From the NCBI GenBank assembly GCA_965217585.1, contig OZ244561.1, forward strand, positions 2,432,001 to 2,496,000: DNA of 64,000 nt, in the 5' to 3' direction. Position numbers and translations under genes: made by a program. This DNA is from Candidatus Latescibacterota bacterium. GTDB taxonomy: Bacteria; Latescibacterota; UBA2968; UBA8231. How positions within the stretch are numbered: the first letter of the stretch is position 1; each line of letters begins with the position of its first letter. Below are positions 8,809 through 17,455 of this stretch, one piece after another. Under the pieces are notes generated by a model. It did not search any database, was not told the origin of the DNA, and was given only the letters and a program-made list of their open reading frames with translations.

Positions 8809-10167
8809 TCATTCTGTCAGACGTCGGTAGATCTCCAGTTCCGCCTCGCCCTCTGCCCGCCGGTCTTGCCCAAGGTAGATCATGCCCAAGCTGTAGTGCG
8901 CATCGCCGTGGTTGGGCTCTATCTTGATAACTTTCTGGAAAGCCCGGATCGCCCGCGGCGCATCGCCCATGGCCAAGTAGGCGGTCCCGAGGTTGTAGTA
9001 GGCCTGGACATAGCGGGAATTGAGCGCCAAGATCTTCTCGTATTGGCCGATCGCCGCGGCCATTTTCCCTTGCCGGAGGAAGATATTGGCCAAGTTGTTG
9101 CGGGCGCTCAGGTCGGTGGGATTGATGGCCAAAGCTTGTTGGTATTCGGCCGCCGCCGCCGGGAAATGGCCCAAGCCAGCGTAGAGCACCCCGAGATTGT
9201 AACGGGCATCTGCGTCCTCCGGGTAGAGCGTCAGGATATATCGGTAGCGCCTGATTTCATCGCTCGCTTTTCGCAGGCGCTGGAAAGCGGCCAGTAGCTT
9301 TTGGCCTTCCTCAGTCCTTGCCTGTCTGAGGTAGAGCTTTCCAAGCCGGTGATAGGCTTCTTTTTCAAAGGGGTCGGCGGCAAGAGCTTTCTGAAGAGCA
9401 GTCTCCGCTTCGGCGGTCCGCCCTTGCTGGAGAAGCACCTGTCCCAGCAAGGTATAAGCATTGGCGTATCCCGGATTGTGGCGGAGAACGGCTCTGGAGC
9501 TCGCCTCGGCCTCCTCAAGGCGCCCCAACTTGGTATAGATCTGTCCGAGATGATAGTACGCATCAGCGTAGGAGGAATCGAATGCTACTGTCTGCTCGTA
9601 CGCGGCAATGGCAGACTCGGAGCGGGCCTGTTGCTCGTAGACCACTCCCAGATTGTAGTGGATGGCGGCATTCTCCGGTTCGAGCCGAAGCGCCTTGGTC
9701 AAGGCTGCGGCCGCATCGTCATAGCGGCCCTGAGCGCTAAGGACTATGGCAAGCTTGCGATAGGGAGAAACGCGGTCGGGAGCCAGCAAGATCGCCTCTT
9801 CGTAAGCCACGGCGGCAGAGTGATTCCGGCGCTCCCGCATGTACAGATCGCCCAGCGCAATGCGGGCTTCGACATCGTCCGGATAGAGCTGCACGGCTTG
9901 GGCGATGTGTCGCGTAGCCAGCTCAAACTTGCCCTGCTTCTGAAGGATGGAACCGGCAAGCAGGAGGACCTCGAGATGGGTCGAATCCACTTCCAGGGCT
10001 TGCTGGCAAGCTGCGATAGCTTTGAGATAGCTGCCGGCCTCGGCCAGACGCTTGGCCTCGGCGTATGCCGCCTCGACCCGCTTCTGCGACCTCTGGTCGC
10101 CACAGCCGCTGGTGGCGAGGACAGTAAAAAGGGCGAAGCACCAAACTTTAAATACCGGCTTCTGCAT
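8809..10167 (-). CDS. Tetratricopeptide repeat lipoprotein
   Basis: Lipobox ATSGC; about 11 TPR units (A.YNLG..Y...G....A...Y..AL...P). Confidence 0.9.
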   Translation of the reverse strand: MQKPVFKVWCFALFTVLATSGCGDQRSQKRVEAAYAEAKRLAEAGSYLKAIAACQQALEVDSTHLEVLLLAGSILQKQGKFELATRHIAQAVQLYPDDVEARIALGDLYMRERRNHSAAVAYEEAILLAPDRVSPYRKLAIVLSAQGRYDDAAAALTKALRLEPENAAIHYNLGVVYEQQARSESAIAAYEQTVAFDSSYADAYYHLGQIYTKLGRLEEAEASSRAVLRHNPGYANAYTLLGQVLLQQGRTAEAETALQKALAADPFEKEAYHRLGKLYLRQARTEEGQKLLAAFQRLRKASDEIRRYRYILTLYPEDADARYNLGVLYAGLGHFPAAAAEYQQALAINPTDLSARNNLANIFLRQGKMAAAIGQYEKILALNSRYVQAYYNLGTAYLAMGDAPRAIRAFQKVIKIEPNHGDAHYSLGMIYLGQDRRAEGEAELEIYRRLTE

Positions 10168-11806
10168 CCATCTTCTTCAAGCGGTCCTCAAATAGGACGA
10201 TCTTAGAGGCGTACTTCTCCTTCAGGCTGAGAAGTAAGGTGCTGATTAGCTCCTCTTCCTTCTCCTTCCTCAGCCAGTATCGCGCCCTCGTCGACGCCTT
10301 CTCAAAGGGATCGGGCATCAAACCGCTCTTCTCCACCACCTTGAATACTGTATAGCCTTCCTCGAGCTGTAAGGGACCTTTCAGCTCTCCCACCTCTGCC
10401 TGCAAAGCCTCGTCGTAGAGGGGACCGTAATGCGCCTGTCCATAGGTGTGCATATTAATGAAGCCTTTGGTTTTCTCGGCCCCACTTCTGATACTATAGC
10501 GCTCGGCCAAACGCTCCATTTCCTCCCCGTTCAGAATCCGTTTCAAGACCTCCTCGGCCTCTTCCCGGGTTGTACACAGAATCTCCTGGACGGTGATCTG
10601 TTCGGGCTTTTTAAAAAGATGTAGATGGCTTTCGTAGTAGGAGCGCACCGCTTCGTCGCTCAGGTCGATCCGCCGATCCACCTCCCACTCTTTTAAAGTT
10701 TCGATCAGCATAGCCTTTTTCTTGGCCTCCAGCCAAGCGGCTACCGACGAGTCCTGATCAATTCCCTGCTTCAGAGCTGCTGCGGACAGGAGTGGGACCG
10801 GCAAGAGCTCCCGATAGATGAACTCGGCGATGCCGCTGCTGTCAAATCTGACCGATCGGAAGCGGCGGACTCTCTGGTAGGTGTCGGCGAAATCTTTCAA
10901 GGTCAACTGTCCGCCATCGAAACGGCACAGAACCACCTCCTGTTCCCGTTTTGCTATATCCAGAGTATCTGCGCCAGAGCTTGGAGCCCTTTCTAATAAG
11001 AATGAGATGCCTTCCTGGTCTAGCTGCACCTCGAATTGGGTGGCCAGCTCCTCTATCAGCTCTTTATGGCGGGCCCGGGAGGTTTCCGTAAGCTGGACCC
11101 GGGCATAAATAAAGGCGTAACTAGCGGGGGGAGGCCCCTCGGCCACGACATGGAAGATCTCGTACCTATCTCCTATCTCGAAAGGCTGGCTGATCTTCCC
11201 CACCTCTAGCGCGAAAACTTCCTCTGCCACCTCCACCGGCATCCCCTGCTCTTCCACGTTTCCACGCCCGTAGAGGGGACCGAGCAAGCCACCTTGGGAG
11301 GCGGTCTCTCGATCGGTAGAACGAAGTTTGGCCACTTCCCCGAACCCTTTTCCCTGCTCGAGCTCTTCCATTACCTCCCGGGCATCCTTCTCGGTCTCCA
11401 CCTGGATATGGGCCAGCTTCAGCATGCGGTTCCACTTGGACTGCTCGAAGCTACGTCGCAATTCGCCTGATGAAAGATTGATCTTTTCTTGGACTTCCCG
11501 GCGGAGAATCTCCCCGAGCAGTTTTTGCCGCCGCTCGTGCTCCCATTTACCCAGAAACTCCGAATCCTGGTCTATGCCCTGCTTCCGGGCCTCGAGTAAC
11601 ATCAGCTCCATATCGACCATGCTGTCGAGGTATTCGCGCCACACCTGAACGCCCTCCTCCTCAGAGCGGAGCAGAGCGGGCATATCCACATTGAACCGAA
11701 GCAGGTCTTCGACCGTAATCTCCACTGTATCGACCCGGGCTACCACATTGTCGTCCGCTGTGTCACCGCAGCCGGACAGCCACAAAAAAAACGCGACTAG
11801 CGCCAA
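10148..11806 (-). CDS. Parvulin-type peptidylprolyl isomerase/foldase lipoprotein (PrsA/SurA-like, two PpiC domains)
   Basis: TTG start with AGGAGG; lipobox LSGC; VVARVD..EITVEDL N-domain; LAHIQV..FGEVAK..S.D..GGLLG and a second VQEIL..LAERYS domain. Confidence 0.88.
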   Translation of the reverse strand: MALVAFFLWLSGCGDTADDNVVARVDTVEITVEDLLRFNVDMPALLRSEEEGVQVWREYLDSMVDMELMLLEARKQGIDQDSEFLGKWEHERRQKLLGEILRREVQEKINLSSGELRRSFEQSKWNRMLKLAHIQVETEKDAREVMEELEQGKGFGEVAKLRSTDRETASQGGLLGPLYGRGNVEEQGMPVEVAEEVFALEVGKISQPFEIGDRYEIFHVVAEGPPPASYAFIYARVQLTETSRARHKELIEELATQFEVQLDQEGISFLLERAPSSGADTLDIAKREQEVVLCRFDGGQLTLKDFADTYQRVRRFRSVRFDSSGIAEFIYRELLPVPLLSAAALKQGIDQDSSVAAWLEAKKKAMLIETLKEWEVDRRIDLSDEAVRSYYESHLHLFKKPEQITVQEILCTTREEAEEVLKRILNGEEMERLAERYSIRSGAEKTKGFINMHTYGQAHYGPLYDEALQAEVGELKGPLQLEEGYTVFKVVEKSGLMPDPFEKASTRARYWLRKEKEEELISTLLLSLKEKYASKIVLFEDRLKKMDAEAGI

Positions 11807-11818
11807 CGCTCTTCCCTC

Positions 11819-12586
11819 CTACTGCCCCGGGGCGGGCGGCTCGAGGGCATAGTTGACCTCCCGGGTGAACTGATAGGGAATATCGACTTTCTCCATTGGC
11901 TCGTCCCGGTAGTCGAAGCGCAAGGTCATTTTCTCGATCCGAACCTCGAACTCCTCGACATCGTCGTCCAGCGCAGGAAAAACGACAAACCCTCCCTTTT
12001 CCTGACCACTGAAGATCATATCATCGTTGAAGAGCGTCTTCCTCAGAATGCTCTCTCGCTCCTTGAATGGCTTGTAGGTATTGCCCGCGTAGGCGATTGC
12101 ATAGGGCCAGTAGTATTCGATCAGGGCAGTGAGGCTGAGCGACTGATAGCGCCGTCCGTTGGGGGCTGTGATCTCAATCAAGGCCGGATCCACGCGCACC
12201 TTTGGATAGGCGTAGTTCTTTATCTTTAGCAGAAAGACCGCAAAACGGGCCGGTGCCTGTTCCTCACCCGACGGCTTCCAGTCGCCGTAGGTATAAGGAT
12301 TGACTGGAGCTTGGTACGGATTATCCCGGTAAAAGCCCGCAGGAGAGGTCGAATGAACTTCAAACTGCCGGTTCAGCATTTCGGCAGTTATAGGTTGCAG
12401 GCTGACCTCCAAGCGGCCCTTGACAAAGGTGATGCTGCGGTCATCTCCAACGTTAAATTCCTCGGTCTGCTGGGTCTCGGCAATGGGCACTATGGGTCCG
12501 GGAAAGTGCCGATAGCCCAATTTATAGCCGCAACCACCCAACAGCAGGGCTACTGACGCGATTGTGCTGAGTACAAATATCCCCAT
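11819..12586 (-). CDS. Conserved hypothetical lipoprotein
   Basis: ATG 12586 after GAGGTG; lipobox LGGC. Beta-rich C-half (VFLLKIKN..GFVVFP) is compatible with an Ig-like/DUF4352-like fold (inference). Confidence 0.75.
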   Translation of the reverse strand: MGIFVLSTIASVALLLGGCGYKLGYRHFPGPIVPIAETQQTEEFNVGDDRSITFVKGRLEVSLQPITAEMLNRQFEVHSTSPAGFYRDNPYQAPVNPYTYGDWKPSGEEQAPARFAVFLLKIKNYAYPKVRVDPALIEITAPNGRRYQSLSLTALIEYYWPYAIAYAGNTYKPFKERESILRKTLFNDDMIFSGQEKGGFVVFPALDDDVEEFEVRIEKMTLRFDYRDEPMEKVDIPYQFTREVNYALEPPAPGQ

Positions 12587-12626
12587 CCTAATCACCTCTT
12601 GGCGAGATCTTGCGACGCTTCTAAGT

Positions 12627-14702
12627 TCAATAAGCCACACCTACTACCTGCAATTGATCGAAATCCCCTTGGTCCGCCCCCACCCGTACCCGCGCCACAT
12701 ACACCCCTGGCGGCACCAATGCGCCGGCGGCGTCCCGGCCATCCCATTCCACCACCTCCTGCGGACCGACTCTCTGTACCTCCAGCACCTGCTGCCATAC
12801 CCGCTGTCCCTCTAAGCTGTACATGCCCACCTCCACCTCTGTCCCCCCCAGCACCTGGAACAAAGTGAAGCGGATCGACACTACATCATTAATGCCATCC
12901 CCCTGAGGTGTAAACACCGACGGCTGCACCTCTAACTGGCGCAGAACAGATCCCAGCGACGATTCGACCGCGACCATGCGCAACTGGTTAGTGCCCATCT
13001 CGTCACTGACATCTCCGCTCTCCACTTCCTGCGGCAACCCGGCTTGTTCACGGCGAAATACCTCGGCTCGCAGTGCGCCCGAGGCGCTGTACAATGTTGT
13101 CTCCAGCCGCAGCCGCAACCGCTGGTCGCCGTCTGGACTGAGCGGACGTGGCAAGTACACGGTGAACCCCTGCTCATCAGGCACCACATCGGCTGGATCC
13201 ACAGGCACCGGCTGCAGCGGGTCACCCATCTCCAGACTCAAAAACTCGGCGGCCGAGGGCGCCAATACCCGCACCCCATCAAAACCGGCCTGACCGGCGA
13301 CGAACTCGGCGCCTATTTCGTAGACCAACTCGGTCAGCTCGCCGACGGGCAGCAGGGCCACTCTGCCTTCGGGCTGCAAATCGTCCACCACAGCCACCTC
13401 GCCCAGTATCCGCTCGGCCAACAGCGACGAGGTCTCCACCACCAGCGAGTCGATGCGGGCAAACGATTCTAGGCTCTCACTGTCCATTTCCACCCGCAGC
13501 ATGATAAAGCGGCCGCGCGGCACCCGGGGCTTTTCGCCGGACTGCTCGAGCGGGGGCGACCAGAAGCTCCAGTTGTCCCGGTCTTCAGTGATCGGTCCGG
13601 CCCAGCCGGCCGCCAGCGGGTCAAAGGGCCAGCGCCGCGGTTTGAGGCGAGCGTAATCGGTGGCGCTCACCTCGGTAGGCTGGCGCAAGTCGTTGTAGGT
13701 GTGGTAGGCCACCGGTTCGTCGTCCAGGCCGGTGCGCACGGACACCCTGACCTGAGTGGGCGCTTCGGGATCGGGTTGGGGCTCGGACGCGACCGCGTCC
13801 TTGCGCCAAGTGCTGACACCGAAGTGGATCTGGCCGATGTTGACGATCTGTCCCAGGTCTATGACCTTGGACTCCCAGCGGACCTCGGGCACGACGCCGC
13901 GACCGTACACCTCCAACTCGGACACCGCATACCGCGCGAACGCGGTATTTTGACCTTCTCTACAACATTGCGAGTCCGGAATAAAGCGCAGGCGAAAGAA
14001 GCGCATGTACTGGCGCGGAAAGATAACCTCGATCGTGGATTCGAGATTGCCTTCCACCGAGGCCAGCACAATGTCCAACGGAATGTAGAAACCGTTGCAC
14101 CAAAAGTGATTGGTACACCAAGTGCCGTCTTGCAGCTTTATCACCACCTCATCGTTGCTAGCGGTCAATTCGTAGCGGGGGAAGAAGTAGTTGGGGTCGT
14201 AGGGTTCTTGGGTGATCGGCTCGGTGCCTTCCGGTGGAAGCATTACAAAGCGCTCGGCGGGAATTCGCGTACCTAGATCGATGGAATAAAACTCGCCCTC
14301 CACCCCCCCTTGACCACCGGCTGCGGTAAAGCCTGAGGAGGCATAATAGGTGTCGCGGTCCCCATCTACGAATATCAGCGCATCGGCAACTCGGCCGACC
14401 TCGCGGATGGAGCCAACAGCCCGCCAGACATGAGGCATGCCGGGACGAAAGTCGAACTCGACCGGCTCGCGGAAGCGGAACCAAGGGCCGATCTGGGTGA
14501 CCACGTTCACGTTGGGATCGAGGAAAAGGGGCTGGATCGCTCCTAAGCTAGAGGTCAAATCTACCATCACGTTCAAGGCGGTCTGGTCGGCCCAGGACTG
14601 GCCGTTCTCACCGCCAAGACGCAGCTCAATTAGCTGGGTGGCCGACTCGCGGGGGCTAACTAGCAGCCCTAGGGCAACCAGCGCAAAAAAAGCTCCTCTC
14701 AT
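12627..14702 (-). CDS. Secreted protein with discoidin-like region and C-terminal FlgD-Ig/CHU_C-like domain (paralog 3)
   Basis: Signal peptide; FVDGDRDT, IDLG, SELEVYG; C-terminus FTPQGDGIND..WDGRD..G.LVPPGVY..VGVAY. Confidence 0.82.
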   Translation of the reverse strand: MRGAFFALVALGLLVSPRESATQLIELRLGGENGQSWADQTALNVMVDLTSSLGAIQPLFLDPNVNVVTQIGPWFRFREPVEFDFRPGMPHVWRAVGSIREVGRVADALIFVDGDRDTYYASSGFTAAGGQGGVEGEFYSIDLGTRIPAERFVMLPPEGTEPITQEPYDPNYFFPRYELTASNDEVVIKLQDGTWCTNHFWCNGFYIPLDIVLASVEGNLESTIEVIFPRQYMRFFRLRFIPDSQCCREGQNTAFARYAVSELEVYGRGVVPEVRWESKVIDLGQIVNIGQIHFGVSTWRKDAVASEPQPDPEAPTQVRVSVRTGLDDEPVAYHTYNDLRQPTEVSATDYARLKPRRWPFDPLAAGWAGPITEDRDNWSFWSPPLEQSGEKPRVPRGRFIMLRVEMDSESLESFARIDSLVVETSSLLAERILGEVAVVDDLQPEGRVALLPVGELTELVYEIGAEFVAGQAGFDGVRVLAPSAAEFLSLEMGDPLQPVPVDPADVVPDEQGFTVYLPRPLSPDGDQRLRLRLETTLYSASGALRAEVFRREQAGLPQEVESGDVSDEMGTNQLRMVAVESSLGSVLRQLEVQPSVFTPQGDGINDVVSIRFTLFQVLGGTEVEVGMYSLEGQRVWQQVLEVQRVGPQEVVEWDGRDAAGALVPPGVYVARVRVGADQGDFDQLQVVGVAY

Positions 14703-14755
14703 AACACATCTTCCTTAAAAGATTGCGCTCAATCCATCCTCATAATGTGTATATA

Positions 14756-17401
14756 TCAATCTGTACCTGTACTGGCAAATATGCGCACGAAACCGATGGA
14801 TTCATCTCTGGCATCCTCTTCTTTGAACTTGGTACGCCGCAGTTGCAGACCTGTATTCGCGGTTATCTGGTAGCCCAAGTAGGCAGAAGTGTTGGAAATG
14901 AGGATCGAATAAACCTGGCTGCGGAAGTCGTCGACAAAGCCCGGGGGCGGCTCTTCCGGTCGCTCCTCCAAGTTTTCAAACCAGCTAAATTCGACCCCGC
15001 CTTCCAGCCATGTTCCCGGAAGCAGCGAGTAGCGGGTAATCAGAAATAGGGTTTCCTCAAGGTCGCGGGATTTCAGGCTCGATTTTGTCGAAGGGGTCTC
15101 GCGCCGAAATGTGCTCTTCCACCTAGGCCAGAGTATCAGGTCTTCCCCCACTTGAAGAGTGTACCCCGCCTTGTTGATCAAGCCGAAAAACGAGCGATTG
15201 CGCAGCTCGTCGGCCTGTTCTCCCCGCTGGTTGAAGATTTCGTACTTGATCTTGCCCTGAATATCCAGATCGCGAATCCGGTTGTACCTGGCCTGGAGGT
15301 ACAAGGTGTTGACAAAGGTGTCCTGATTCTCCAGGGGATCGCTGAAGTTCTCCGATCCCGTGGGATCTTTCCAGACCAGCCGGTCGTCCTTGATATTATC
15401 CTTTACCAGCTTGGCATGTTCGACCAGACCGATGTTCCACCCGGGCATATTCACCTCTGCCGTAAACAGTCCGTAGGTAGCGCGACTCTTCCTAGCGCTG
15501 CTAGGCATTCGTTCCTTCAGCCGGCCGATGGTAATTTGCGCTCTCTTAGCGAGCATCAGCCCTCCGTAGATATTGTATCCCCGGCGGTCCCGTTCGTAGG
15601 GAAAGTCCGGCTGCCGATCGTCCTCGAAGCGGTCGATGAGTGTGTTGTTGTTCAGGTCCATTCCGAAGAGGAACTCTGGAGGATCCACTGCGTAGCGCAG
15701 GAAGGGCTCGGCATAGTCGGGTCTAGAGTTGGCATTCTGGTTGAAATCGGAGACAAAGTCGTTGTTCTCGTCGAGTCCGGGGAAGACGTTGTTGTCGGCT
15801 CCCGCCCCTCCCACATCCCCGACCAGTCCGATCTGATTGATGCGTTGCCAGTCCGGAAAGCGGTCCTGGTCGTCGTTGTCGTCGACGAACTCAAACAGGT
15901 GCCTCTGCTCGTCGCTGTAGTCGATGCCCCCCAGTGAATTGGAGATGAAGGCCGTGGTGCTGTAGTCGGGAGCCATGTCAAAGGCCTCTGTGTAGACGAA
16001 CCAGGGATAGTTATTGTAGGAGGCCGTAACATAGGCCGCTTCGGCCTGGTCTTTTTCTGGATCGAGGTCGTTGACCCCAAAGTTCTGGTTGGGGAAGCGC
16101 CGGAAACGTCGGTTTACTGCGTACTCGGCGCGCAGGTCTAGGCCTCCTAAGTTGTTTATCTCCAAATCCAGACCAATTACCTCGTGGGCTGTGGGCAGGC
16201 CGTACTCAAACCTAATGAAGCGCTGATTGGACCCATCGATGACCTCCTTCTCAGCTTGGGCAACTGGCAAAAAAACTTGGCCTCCCAAGCGATCTGTTTG
16301 TTTGTTGGATGAAACCTCCACCCGGTAGTCGTTGGCTATGATCAGCTCGAACTCCAGCTTGGAAATATCCCCCAAGGTCGGCACCTCTTCCGTCGGTCTG
16401 AAGTCGTTCCTGACATCGTAGATCAGCTCAATCACATCTGTGCCGCGCGCCTCGAGGTTGCCCTCACTGCGAATCCCGCCTCGTATCAAGGGGGTGATCT
16501 CCGGATGTGGCTTCCCGTTGATCACCACTTGGTCGAAGAAGAGGAGTGCCCCCGATTGCGGGGTTTCCGGAGAATCGTCCGAGATCCGGACGACCACGGT
16601 TTCCACGCTGCCCTGGTTCTGGGGCTCGGTCAGCACGCCTTTTAAGGAGTTGTCTCCCAGAGTCAGGGTACTGGTGGTGTTGGCGACGTTGACCCAGGTC
16701 AGCCCGATTTGCGCGAAGTCTCCTAACTGTCCAACCCCTCTGCCTGCCAAAAGCCTCGAGGTGTTCTCGGATCGGTTAGCTCCGGATGTCTGCGTGAGGG
16801 CCGAAAAGCCGGGCGCACTGAGTCGAGACGCCAAGATGGTCATAGCGTACTTGTCGGTGAGGAAGTCCCACTGGATACCATTAAAGGTCGGCTTGGAAAA
16901 GGTGAGGGGTGTCAAGGTCGTGCGGAGCGCATCGCCGATGGTCAGGGAAGTGTGGAACTGGCCTTTCTGGGCAGACGACACGATGACATTGTTGAACCAA
17001 CTCTGGTAAAACGCGTTCTTGAATATCTCGCTTCCGAGCCGCTCCGGACTGTTCTCGGTCCAGTCGTAGATCTTCCATCCCCGGGCGATATAATTACCAA
17101 AGAGGTCGTATTGCCGGGTTCCTTCGAGCAGAATGTTCACGTAGCGCTGATAGTTTTGCCGGGCATAGTTACTGTACTCCCACCCCCGCCAGCTATATTC
17201 ATAGTACAGATTCTGGGGAAGATACCACTTCCGGCGGTTGGGAGCCAAGGCACCAGGGCGGACCCGTGCTCCGTAGATTCCCGGCTCTTCGACAGGGCGG
17301 TACCCGGTGAATAACTGAGCGTTTGCTGGGATTTCTCCCAATATGATACTGCTCAAGAAAAGCAACATTACCGGTCTTAAATGGCCTATTGCCTGCGACA
17401 T
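14756..17401 (-). CDS. Large exported protein, predicted outer-membrane beta-barrel with Asp/Asn-rich Ca-binding-like loops
   Basis: 881 aa, signal peptide (ANA/Q). Many alternating amphipathic strands (LYLQARY, KIKYEIF, LINKAGY, LFLITRY, GVEFSWF, GFVRIFA). Loops DDNDDQDRFPD, DENNDFVSD, NQNANSRPD, DLNNNTLID. The fold is inferred. Confidence 0.65.
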   Translation of the reverse strand: MSQAIGHLRPVMLLFLSSIILGEIPANAQLFTGYRPVEEPGIYGARVRPGALAPNRRKWYLPQNLYYEYSWRGWEYSNYARQNYQRYVNILLEGTRQYDLFGNYIARGWKIYDWTENSPERLGSEIFKNAFYQSWFNNVIVSSAQKGQFHTSLTIGDALRTTLTPLTFSKPTFNGIQWDFLTDKYAMTILASRLSAPGFSALTQTSGANRSENTSRLLAGRGVGQLGDFAQIGLTWVNVANTTSTLTLGDNSLKGVLTEPQNQGSVETVVVRISDDSPETPQSGALLFFDQVVINGKPHPEITPLIRGGIRSEGNLEARGTDVIELIYDVRNDFRPTEEVPTLGDISKLEFELIIANDYRVEVSSNKQTDRLGGQVFLPVAQAEKEVIDGSNQRFIRFEYGLPTAHEVIGLDLEINNLGGLDLRAEYAVNRRFRRFPNQNFGVNDLDPEKDQAEAAYVTASYNNYPWFVYTEAFDMAPDYSTTAFISNSLGGIDYSDEQRHLFEFVDDNDDQDRFPDWQRINQIGLVGDVGGAGADNNVFPGLDENNDFVSDFNQNANSRPDYAEPFLRYAVDPPEFLFGMDLNNNTLIDRFEDDRQPDFPYERDRRGYNIYGGLMLAKRAQITIGRLKERMPSSARKSRATYGLFTAEVNMPGWNIGLVEHAKLVKDNIKDDRLVWKDPTGSENFSDPLENQDTFVNTLYLQARYNRIRDLDIQGKIKYEIFNQRGEQADELRNRSFFGLINKAGYTLQVGEDLILWPRWKSTFRRETPSTKSSLKSRDLEETLFLITRYSLLPGTWLEGGVEFSWFENLEERPEEPPPGFVDDFRSQVYSILISNTSAYLGYQITANTGLQLRRTKFKEEDARDESIGFVRIFASTGTD

Positions 17402-17455
17402 ACATCACCTCCCATTATCCTTCTGAGAACTGCTCGCCCGAAATAGCCAAACCCA

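Noticed and set aside
9301-10206. Long alternative ORFs such as 9301..10206, 15152..15937, 32211..33164, 35291..36124 and 46813..47697
   Set aside because: Each lies antisense to a gene with clear family motifs; such shadows are expected in GC-rich DNA.
12660-12870. C-rich low-complexity tract and Pro- or Gly-rich ORFs
   Set aside because: Explained by Val/Gly/Glu codons of the FlgD-like C-terminal domain on the minus strand.
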